64,000 bases of DNA from Tricharina praecox (Eukaryota), in the NCBI RefSeq assembly GCF_024521635.1, contig NW_026250428.1, positions 310,001 to 374,000 of the forward strand, written 5' to 3'. Position 1 is the stretch's first letter, and each line of letters starts with the position of its first letter. The translations under genes were made by a program, and so were the position numbers. The notes beneath the pieces are model-generated. The model had not been told where the DNA came from and made no database searches. It worked only from the letters and a program-made list of their open reading frames with translations. Positions 23,701 to 34,041 of this stretch are shown here, one piece after another.

Positions 23701-26373
23701 ATTTAGAAGCCCGCGTCAGGCCGCGGATCTTCTTGAGCTCGTTCGGTTTCAACGTCATGTAGCGGGAACCCCTATGGCCATTCTGTAGGAGACCCGACAT
23801 CTGAAACACTCCGCGACTAGAAATTATCTCCATGACCTCTGCCGCCGCATCGTCCTCTTCCTGACAGTCGAACGAGCGTTCGCTCAGCAAGATCCTGCGC
23901 AAGTTCCTCAGCGGCGGTGCGGTCAGATGTACGGGAATCTCAGCCAACAGCCGCAGGTAGCACGGGCAGCTCTGCGATATGTGTCAGCTTTGGTCCGGCC
24001 AATGCGAGATAGCGATCGAGTGGCTCCTACCTCGTCCAACACTGCCACCTTGGAAAGGCCCCCTTTGGCGATGAGCCATCGCATGTAAAAGGCGACCGAG
24101 AAGTAGCCTGTCCGTACCAGTTCCGCAACTAGAAGGTAAACATCATACTTCTTGACCTTTGTGTGGACATCCAACTTGAGTAGGAATTCCTGGATCGCGA
24201 TTTGTATTTGCACTCCGTCCGTCGACGCGAATCGCAGCAAATTGGCCGCTATGTGCACCCTGTGAGTCCCAGTTCTGAGTGGTGTGACAGCCCATTCGAG
24301 TATGAAGGGAACAAGCTCGGTGCTCGATAACAGAGCAACAAGATGTGTGTATATCGCGTGAGTGTCGAACGGCGTCTTGATGTTGTCCAAGAACACCACT
24401 GCCTTCTGTCGACCGGATGCCGTGGCTGGGAGCTTCTCCAACCCATCGAAGTATCTGTTGCGTAGGGTCACATTCCGCAAGCATTCATCGATGCCGCTGA
24501 TGCTGCAATCCACCAAAGCCGGGACTCCCCGGAGCCGATTGAATCCTATGATCGATTCCCGGTGGGAAAGGAGGATGTTCTATCACGTTAGCCGAATTTC
24601 CGGTATACACATTCACCGGAGGTACTCGAGCTTACAGAAGCCATAACGGAAAGTCGCCGTAGCAGCGGTATCATGTACGATTCGTCGAAACGCCGGGCTT
24701 CAGCCTGTACCCCATCTGTTTAGCTGTGTCGCGTCCGGATCCGTGCACGGAGGTTGTATCACATACCTCCTCGGCCTTAACAAGCAAGATTTCAGCAAAT
24801 CGTTTCGCAAACCGTCTCAGTTTCATGAGGTCATCCCAGAACGCAGTAGCTATAGGGAAAGCTAGAGGTAGTACGTCCAGCGAGCAGGAAGCAAAAAACG
24901 AAAGGAACCACTCCAGAAAGAGTGCCCGGTCAAGCAAGAGTTCCGCGTAAAGATGAACGACCAGACGTATGCTGCGGATTCGGTCAGTCGGCGGCTCCGA
25001 AGCAGAAAATTCTCGAGGATAGGATCATACGAGTATACCATCCGAGGCCGCCAAAGGTTATCGTCGATAACATCGCACGCCCCGATCGTCTTCTCCAGGA
25101 ACTGTGTTACTTGGACGGTCCATTCCCGGATCCATTTCGCCTCACCCCCCACCGCCAGCGACCCCACGCCCCTCCGCCTCAATCCTCGGAGTTCGTTGGC
25201 TCCGACACACCGGACAAACCATACCGCCCGAGAAGTGGGGATCTTCTTGGAGGCACATTGATCGAGCAGCGAAGGGCCCTTCAAACCGTGAGGTATGGTC
25301 CGAGATAGCTTCCGCAGAGGTATGGCGGGATTCGCGAGATCGCGCAGCCATGCCTGCCGCTTGTTCTCCGGTAGCGTTACTCGGGGCGGAGGCTTGAATG
25401 TTGACGGTATGACCACCGTGCTGTACACCTGACGTTTGGTCATGATGGTCAGGTACAGGGCCGACAGTGTTTGCAGACCTGTCCGCTGCCGGAAGTACGG
25501 CGCCAGTGACGCTCGGGCGGAAGCTTGCTCAGTCTGCAGAGCTGTAAGCACCAACTCGGATTGAGAGGGCGGCAAACCGGCAAACTGTACATTGTGCTTG
25601 CCTACTAAAAGTTTGTCGTACAGTCCATTCCGTGCCTGGATGTCGGTCACCCGGTCCTCCTTGTGGTTTCCTTTCCAGGGGAAGAAGTCGCAGCACTCCG
25701 ACGTCGACCCCAACAGTCTCGCGCGCGCCGAGTATCCGACGGCATGTGCCGGCGAGCAGACCACGGACTTCGGGAAGCGCTGCGCGTGGGGCGGTGGCTC
25801 CAACGTGTACGGTCTCAGCCTTTCCCTCCGAGAGGCGCCGTTACGGGTGACCTCCGTCTTCGGCGATTGCGCGTTGATGAGTGTGCGCCGGTTGGTTCGC
25901 CTCGAGTAGGCCGGTGTTCCGGGGTAACTGTTGGTGTACTGCACTCTCGACGGCTGTACGTACTCGTAAGTCGGCTCCGCCTCATCCGACAGCGGAGGAA
26001 TAGTCACGAAGCGCTTCGTCTTCCGCCTCGAGTTGATGGGCGACAGCCCGGAGGACGGAAAGAATCCGCCGGGTCGGAGAACACAGGGCGTCGGTGGATC
26101 TTGCGCTGGTGGATTGGGAGTGTACGGGCCGCGCGAGTTGAAGCCGCTCGGGTCGAGGCCGTTCAGAAACCGGCCGCGCGAGTTGAGGCCGTGCGTGTAG
26201 AGGTCGGGGGTGAGGGTGCGCAGGCCGGACGAGTGCGGATCTTTGGTGTGGAGGTCTTGGGTGCTCGCGGTGAAGCCGGGGAAGACGATCGCGTTGGGCG
26301 CGGGATCGGCGGTCTGGGAGAGTCCCGCGGAACCGCCGTCGGTGTGTTCCATTACCGACGCGGCTGCCAGCAT
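20775..26373 (-). CDS. SRB8: Mediator kinase-module subunit 12 (Med12/Srb8), multi-exon
   Basis: The Med12 domain reads FKPPPRVTLPENKRQAWLRDLANPAIPLRKLSRTIPHG...IPTSRAVWFVRCVGANELR, preceded by DFFPWKGNHKED. A chain of minus-strand exons runs from 24516 to about 21140. The last exon ends PWERLAEPTPNIGENDVSISLVLFRTRRF*, typical of filamentous-fungal Med12. Internal exon borders were not all resolved. Confidence 0.92.
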
Positions 26374-26684
26374 CCGAGGACAGTGAAGTGGCGCCGTGAA
26401 ATGGTGCAGGTAGCTTGACGGCGCGCGGGCGAGGGAAAACCCGAGGATCGACGAGATGGACGATGCGCGCGGACGTCGAGAGGATTATGTAAACGTGAGA
26501 GAGATTGTGAAGACGTGAGAATCGCGGGAATGCAGCAGTCTACGCGTACATGTATGCGGTTAGCATGTATATTCTATATCCAGGGTGCTGCGAATCCGGG
26601 TATAAGCGTTCAGCAGTGGCCGGCGGATGAAGGTGTGTGTCCGTCTCGGTCTGTGCGTTCGCGGCGCGGGAGACAAGGATAGAT

Positions 26685-26921
26685 GTGGATGCTTGTCGTT
26701 GGGCAATGGAGTGATCCCCGGACGTACCTATCTGCGGAGGTGGTAACCAGATGCTTGTCGTTTCGCGATGAGGATTCCTGGACGTATCTGCGAAGGGCAG
26801 TGGATGCTTGTCGACACGCGAGCGAACGGATTTCTGGACGTATGTCTGGAGGCGGTGGATGCTTGTCTTTGCCCGTTCAAATGGATTCCAGGACGTATCT
26901 CCAGAGACGGTGGAAGCATCC
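26685..26921. repeat. Degenerate tandem array with a period of about 55 bp: conserved ~40-bp block plus variable 12-15-bp spacer, about 4 units
   Basis: (gtg)gatgcttgtc occurs at about 26685, 26749, 26800 and 26855. Each is followed by a different spacer and then ggatt(c/t)c(t/a)ggacgtat-like sequence. Confidence 0.85.
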
Positions 26922-28848
26922 ATTAACTTGACTTCAGATCTTCAGCTAAAAAAGGGCCCCCCTGGTCCCGGCATTTGGGCTGGCCAGACCGAGTGGCAAG
27001 CGCGCTGTCGTCATTGCTCGAGCATTTGTGCGGCTTCGATCAATGTTCCTCAGCGTTCAGTTGGCTTTAATCGTTCAGAGCTTGACGCAAGCACTCCGTA
27101 AGAGTTTGACTCAATAACTACAAGAAAGGCTGAGTTTGTCGGAATAAGCCGCAGGGTAAACATTGTGGATTGTAGGATCTCACATGCGCGGGAAGCGAAG
27201 CACTGTCTGTGGCGCCAACACAGTGGAATTGCTAGCACGTGATAAGTGCGTAACAGTTGATCGAGCCCGCCAATAGTGATCACTCTGTGTCACTCGATCG
27301 TCCATCATTTATTCTCACTCGAATACATCGCATACGGTCCCCTTTGGAATGACGTGACGCCTGACAGGCATAACTATCGTATTCTGGACAAGCTGCATGC
27401 GGAGAGTTCGCCCAGCAAGTGAAATTTAATACACACCTCTTCACAGGTGGTTTGGGGCTGTCAAGGGGTGTAAACAAGCTTATCCGCCGAGTCAAACACG
27501 TATTATCCTTGCGACAGAGTTGAACGGCTGTTCTTCACTTGTAACTTGTAAGCGAGCGGTAAGTGAAGATTAATTTTGCCCTGGTGGGTGGAATGTCAGC
27601 CACGCTCCACAACATCCACCTCGAATCGCACTTTTCGTGATATCATGCGGCGTGACTGACCAATCTCTACCGTCCCTGTCCGAAGACCGACCTGAATCTC
27701 CGGGATCGATCTTAAAGACCTCGGGGTTGGAAACACCCTGCACTAGAATTTGGTGCAGAGCACGGTAGAGGGCAAGGTTTCCATGGTGCGTTGAGCGTTC
27801 TGTACGCACGGCGCGGTAACCTTGACCACTCGGCCAGGATCTCATTTCCAAACACATCCGGTCGTCACCGGTTCCCTTCGCGACGACCATCTACGGCACG
27901 AGAATCAATCGAAAGTCTCGTAGGTACTTGTCGAGTTTTCACGGATGAAACCTGTCCAATATTTAGCCATGCTCTTTTTTAGCTTAGATCATGGATGAAA
28001 CCTCACCAATCGCCGTGCACTCTTTCCTCTCTACCCAACTCTTCTTAAGGTTGAATTTCGTGGGTACGATTAGTCTATCAGCTCGTTTGTTTCCATGATG
28101 CTGCAAACCCTTCGTCGCCATGTGGAGTACCGCTTGAAACTCGCCGGCCTGCAGAGACGTCATGCTTACCGTTGTAGATGGAAGTACTAGTACCATGCAG
28201 GGCTGTCTAATTTTCCGAATGTCTGCGCGGACTTTGCCGTCTAGATAGCGCGAAATGGTGAATTACACATCATCTTGGAGTCAGGGCAAACGATGATGGA
28301 GGTGAGGTAAGGTCCACTGAGACGGCGTGCACACGAAGGTAACGATTGGGCCCAGTTTTCGAGATTCTCACTGGATTTTCGACCCACGTAGCTGCAGCCA
28401 GGTTTCACGCAGTTGCACAGCTGGAGTTTCACAAACACGGAGAAGATGCGGGTCGAATTTAAATTTCCTCTACGCCACGCCATACGGCCTAGCAGTAAAT
28501 GAAAAAAAAGACCAGCAGCCTGTCAGACCTCCATCGTCGCCCACCCTCATTCCCACTGCTCATGCGAGCGGTATACAGAAACTCGGGTCGAGATCATCAC
28601 CCACCCATCCCGAAGGACCGGCAAAACAGGCTTCACTCTAGGGCAACGAGGATATCGATCATCGTCCAGGTTGGAGATTCTGTGGCTCTTGTAAAGAGTT
28701 CAGATGAGACGATTTACTATAGAAATGATCCCTGAGAAAGTGTGTTAGATGTGTTCGACAGATAGATCTCGACCCGGAAGGTGGAAGTAGGGGGTTAACT
28801 CACTATGAAGTAAAATCGCATGAGGTTCGAAGGAAGGAGGGAGGGCCT

Positions 28849-28860
28849 CTTTTATAAAAG
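28849..28860. promoter_or_regulatory. Palindromic TATA element CTTTTATAAAAG (TATAAAA on both strands)
   Basis: A perfect 12-bp palindrome in otherwise GC-rich sequence, with intron-like signals on the appropriate strand on each side. Confidence 0.45.
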
Positions 28861-29501
28861 TTGGAGTGCGGCTCTGCGTCGGCGAAATTTTTCTTCGCCG
28901 CTAGGGCAGACTGCAGACGATAACCCGGCCGCTGCGGGCACGTGCGGCTGACGACGGCATTTGGCGGCTCAGCTTACCTGATCTACGTTCTTGTCTCGAT
29001 TTCTATTGAACCACAGATTCGAGGCACTCATCGCCAGCTTAACCGAGTCTTGAATTCATGAGATCCGGAAGGCTTCGCTCGATTTCTCCACAAATACCGT
29101 ACTCGGGTACACAGACCATCAACCGATGCGATAATCATTCGTGATCGGAGGTACAAATGTTGTGAACTAGGTATTTATCGTTAGAATTGACGGAGTGGCG
29201 TGCGTTCGTCGGAAACTCAACCGTACTGACGCTTTTGCTATCGTCTGCAGGACGATACCGATAGGCAAGATCGGTGGTCTCGTGAGTTGATAGCTGGAAT
29301 CAGGGAAGCGCGTCCGACGGTTCGCATCTCTACCAAGCTCCCGTTCTTCGGACCCCAGGCACTATCAAGCGAGGCCGGCCCTTCCGCCAGCCCACCACAC
29401 CCCACACACGCCTATACCCCGCGCGCTCTCCAATTCGGCGGCCGCTCTACCTGCCACACGGACCTTCCTTTTTTCCCCCTCTTCCGTCTTACCTCCGCGC
29501 C

Positions 29502-31660
29502 ATGTTGTCGGAGTCTGACGCGAAACGGCTGTTCCAGCTCGCGGCGGGAGTCCGCCCGGCTTCGTGCATAGAAACCGCTAATGGTCGTGGGCTGGCCAGC
29601 GAGGACCGAGTGCGTTCGGAAATAGCAGGCCTCCTGGACGGCTGCCCGAAACGCACAACCACCTTTGCGATTGCGAAAGAACTGTCGGTCGAGGTTCGTG
29701 ACGCGATAAGGCTGCTTCCGCCTGACGTCCAGTTTGGCGGCAAGTGGTGCAGGCTCGGCGAATCGGTGTTGATCGGACCAACCGAGTTCGGCCGCCTGAA
29801 GCGTCTGTTGCAGCAAGAATTGACGCAAGGCATTGTGACGGTGCGCGAGTTCGTCCAGAAGAATGAGATCGACAACGAACTGTTCTTTAAACTTTTGCCG
29901 TCGACGAAGGATGAAAGTTGGACCTGGCTCGATGCGGAGCAGACCAAAGTGTACAGTGAGAGGTACCGGGAGGATCTCAAAGATTCAATCGCTGCCCAAC
30001 TGAATCGTGATCTTAAGAGGTTAGTAGTTATCTCGTCACTGGGCACACTGGACCACGGATCAAAACGAGCTGCTTCGCTGACACTGTTAATCTTCAAGCT
30101 GCATTCAGCTCTCCACATTGAGTACTGCTCCGATCTCCTTCACCAAGGGTGTCATCCGGGATCTTCTGGATACCGGCAGGGCAGATGGCTGCATTGAAGG
30201 GGACAGGTTCATGACTGGGCTTTTCCTCGAACGGCTGCAGACGTCTGCTAGGGACGAGCTGCATTCGGAGGGGGTTGTAGGTGAGTTGAACCAACGAGAA
30301 TACCATCCTCTTGGAACGGTCTTTGGCTGACTACACAACTACCAACAGCCATAAGCACATTGCGGGAAGGACACATAGTTGACCCTCACAAGTGGTTCGA
30401 AGCGTTGGTCCCAGAGGTGCAACTGCTTAGCGACCACTTTGTGAGTCCGTGGATGATTGAAAACATTCGAAACACTATACAGAAGAAGGTCGGGTGGTTG
30501 CAGGTGTCGGAGATCAAGGTTTGTTTCGTGTACCCCCGAGGATGGATTACAGAACACATCACTAATCCGAACCCGCAGGATCCCAAGGGACGGTTGACAG
30601 CTAAAGACACGAATGTTTTGTGGCCAAGGTTGCTGGACTCGCTGCCAGATCTCGTTGCGGCGGAGGGCTTCGTGGTCGCCAAAAGCCTAGATGCCGAACT
30701 GCTGCAGATGAGCCGAGCGGTGGCATTGTTGCAGGCGGAAACGGACTGGCGACGAGAGGTCAAGTCGGACATGATCGGGATCGCGAGAGCGGTAGGTATT
30801 CACACCCCGCAGTTATATTTGTGCTATCAATTTGACCTCAAATTATGACAGCTCTTCCAATATTTCAGCGACAAGGCTTCCCTCCACCCCACATTGCGGT
30901 CCGCGTTCGCAAAGCGGCTTGCCTCTTCCTGTCATGCCGAGTACCAAGCGATGCTCGAGGAGCGACAGAAACTCAATGTGGATGCGGAGATGGCTACATT
31001 CCTTGACAAATTCCTCACGAGGTTCCACATCTACCGCACAGGTGTGGATGGTTTGGAGAAGTCCGTCCTCAAAAAAGAACTCACTCTCCACCTGCTACAG
31101 TGGGCGAGGTTGAACGGCGGCAAGTCGCTGGAAAAGGTTGAAGCAGCCACCAAGGATCCTAGCGAGGACCTACAGATGCTCCGCACCGTACTTCGGAGGA
31201 CGGACATTGCCCGGCCGCAGGATTTACTGGCGGAGATATCGCTTGCCCTCCGGAGGTTGGAACCTGACGGCATGGAAGACATCGTTTCGAGCAGAAGGAA
31301 GGCGATGCTGGTGGGGATCTATGGGGACGTTCAGAGCTTCAAAGTGCCTTCCCTGGCGCTGCTATCGACGCTCACCCTGCTGCACGCGACCAGGTCTACC
31401 GGTATATTGAAAGTGACGGGGTAGGCACCCTCGTTTCCTCGTTTTCACCAGGCGCTAATCCGCATATTCATATACACAGCCAGCATGTCCCCAAGCTCAT
31501 ACATGAAGCCTTCAGTGTGGGGTTGCTGAGCGGCCCTCAGCTCGAAATAATCAAGAGGGCCAAGGTGGCAGTTATCGGGGGAGTCGCGATGACCCCCGAT
31601 GACCGTGAGAAACTCCAGGCGATCGGAAAACAGTGCGTGGGGGCCTTGGGTTTACTCTAA
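29502..31660 (+). CDS. UFL1: UFL1-like protein (E3 UFM1-protein ligase 1 family, tandem winged-helix scaffold), 610 aa, 6 exons
   Basis: Exons are 29502-30019, 30099-30280, 30349-30518, 30579-30791, 30852-31420 and 31480-31660; all introns are GT-AG and the total is 1833 nt with no internal stop. By-eye colinear matches to human UFL1 as I recall it: LSE...ETANGRGLASEDRVRSEI ~ LSE...HTLDGKEYITPAQISKEM; LTQGIVTVREF ~ LQESGQVTISEL; VYSERY ~ IFTEAF; VIRDLLDTGRADG ~ VLEELVNSGRLRG; IYRTGVDGL...ELTLHLLQ ~ LFEKGMKFF...ALTKHLLK; PSLALLSTLTLL...ILKVTGQHVPKLI ~ PALILHLTSVLL...MLHAPGRCVPQII. Confidence 0.8.
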
Positions 31661-32451
31661 GTGAGGGGTCGGTTGAGGGTACGTATGAACCTTCAGAGCG
31701 CCATAGCCGCCCTCCTTTCTTTTCTTTTCTCTCCTCTTCAGCCTTCAGTCAGTGTTCACGGCGTTTTTTCGTCGTGCTGTGTGCAGAATTCGTGTGACTG
31801 CCTTCTCGTGTTGCATCACGAGGATATCACTCGTGGATAACAACGGGTTCTTCTACTTTATTCCGCTGTATTCCTTCACCAGTCCGTCGTGCTTTGATGT
31901 CTTCTCTTAGGAGGAGAGGGGAATGCGATTTTGTCAGGAAGATAGTGACAGAAAAATTCAGGCTGCAGATCTCCTGAAGCGGTTTAGCGAGATGAGCACG
32001 CAATCGAAGGTCGAAATGCTACCATACGCCCTTGTACGTGTGCAATATACTTCCAGGGCCAAAACACCCAAAACACCACGAAAGATGGCGAAATCGGATG
32101 CAGCGCTACCCAGAGGGTCTGCCTCATCTTCCCGATGGCCGAACTCCCCGTTTTGTCGTGCTTACATATCCGTATTGAATGTCATATCTCCCTTTCCCCC
32201 GTGTTGCAAGCCATATCTCCCTTTTCCCCCGCCACCCCACCCACAACCGTCCGAGTCCCACTCATATACCCTCGAACGCCCTCTTGCTTTTATTGCCAGC
32301 CCACTTCGATCTCCTCATACACCATCCCAATCATCTACGTCATCTAGTTTTACGGCATATCATCCAGTACATCTAGACGCCCAGCACAGCGAGATTCAAG
32401 GAGTTGTTCAACACACGCAAACACACTTACCGCAAACAACAACATATCAAC

Positions 32452-33500
32452 ATGTCTACTGAACTCAGACACTCCATGTCTCAGGACCACGATGGTGCCG
32501 AGTCCGGTTACGATTCCGCGGGTTCCGCCTCCGTGGCCAGCTTACAGACCATCTACTTCACGCCTCCTCATCTGAAATACATCAATGCACAGCTTGCGGA
32601 GCTCGAACCCGAAGGTATTTTTTTTGCAGTGCAGCATATATGTTGAGGGATTCATGTGCTAACGTTTATATCCAGCCATCCTGCAATGGTGTCTCATGAC
32701 CCTCCCCAACCTTTACCAGACCACAGCATTCGGCCTGAGCGGACTCGTCACCGTCGACATCCTCTCCAAGATCTCACCAAACAAGCCCATCGACCTGATC
32801 TTCCTGGACACCCTCTACCACTTCAAGGAGACCCTCGAGCTCGTGGACCGGGTCAAGAAGCGCTACACCAATGTCGACATCCACGTCTTCAAGCCCAAGG
32901 ACTGCGAGACCGCCGAGGAGTTTGAGAGCCTGCACGGAGAGCGGCTGTGGGAGACCAGCGACAACTACTACGACTACCTCGCCAAGGTCGAGCCGGCCGA
33001 GCGGGCGTACCGCGAGTTGGAGGTCAAGGCTGTCCTGACGGGTCGTCGCCGCAGCCAGGGTGGAAAGCGGGGAGACTTGGATATTGTTGAGGTTGACGAT
33101 GCGGGATTGATTAAGATCAACCCCCTCGCCAACTGGTCGTTCAAGCAGGTCAAGGAGTACATCGACAAGCACAAGGTGCCTTACAATGTCCTGCTCGACC
33201 GGGGATACAAGAGTGTCGGTGACTGGCACAGCACACAGTATGTTCTTGTCCCCAGCCGATGCATGACGACGTTTGCTGATTGAACTCCCCAGGCCCGTCA
33301 AGGAAGGTGAAGATGAGCGAGCTGGTCGATGGAAGGGTCAGGCCAAGACCGAGTGCGGAATCCACAACAAGCGATCCAAGTACGCCGAGTACCTGCGCCA
33401 GTTGGACATGCAGAAGCAGGAGCAAGCTCTGACCGAGGCACTCAAGCAAGTCGAGCTTGAGCAGAGTTCTAGTCCCTCCACCGCCGAGATTGCCGTATAG
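32452..33500 (+). CDS. MET16: 3'-phosphoadenylylsulfate (PAPS) reductase
   Basis: Motifs LYQTTAFGLSGLV, LIFLDTLYHFKET, LTGRRRSQG, KINPLANW, YNVLLDRGYKSVGDWHST and ERAGRWKGQAKTECGIH (catalytic ECGIH). Introns at 32615-32675 and 33238-33292. Confidence 0.97.
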
Positions 33501-34041
33501 ATTTGATGTTTGGACAAAAGGTTCCTTGGAGTCTCTGTTTCTTTTGGCGGTTTCGCTTGGTCGTGCAGTTTTATGTTCTGATCCGTCTGTCTCTGTGGCT
33601 TTCTTTTGCCAGGAGACTTGATTTCGTTTCTTTTGTTTCTTTTCTTTACTTTTCTTTTCTTTTCTTTTCGTTTCCTCTAGGGGTCGGCGTTAGGTGCATC
33701 GTTTTCTAGGAAGTTGTCGGGCAGAATAAAGTAGTGTTTGGGCGTTTACTCCGTGTATTTACAACGCCGATGGGTGGTGGTTGCCTGTGATGAACCTACC
33801 ACCGTGCGTAACATGCAATCTTCCATTGTTTGGCACTTTCCATCTGTGACTTTGATCGTCGCCGGTCCGGCGCAGCCACTTTCTTGCACCCAGCCAAAAA
33901 AAAATCAAACAAACGACCCAATCACTTTCTTTCTTCTCTCGTTGCAACTCCCCTCTTTCGCCCCGCACCAGTCGTTCTCCAAACCCACCCTACACGAAAA
34001 AGCGCCGTCCCTGACTCGCGCGAAACTCAACCACTCACACA

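Noticed and set aside
26685..26921. CRISPR array interpretation of the repeat-spacer tract
   Set aside because: The context is eukaryotic and intron-rich, there are no cas genes, the repeats are degenerate and the spacers are only 12-15 nt. Kept as a plain repeat finding.
27570..28483. Short minus-strand ORFs between MED12 and the UFL1-like gene
   Set aside because: No recognisable domain and no consistent exon chain. It may be a decayed gene but I cannot support a call.
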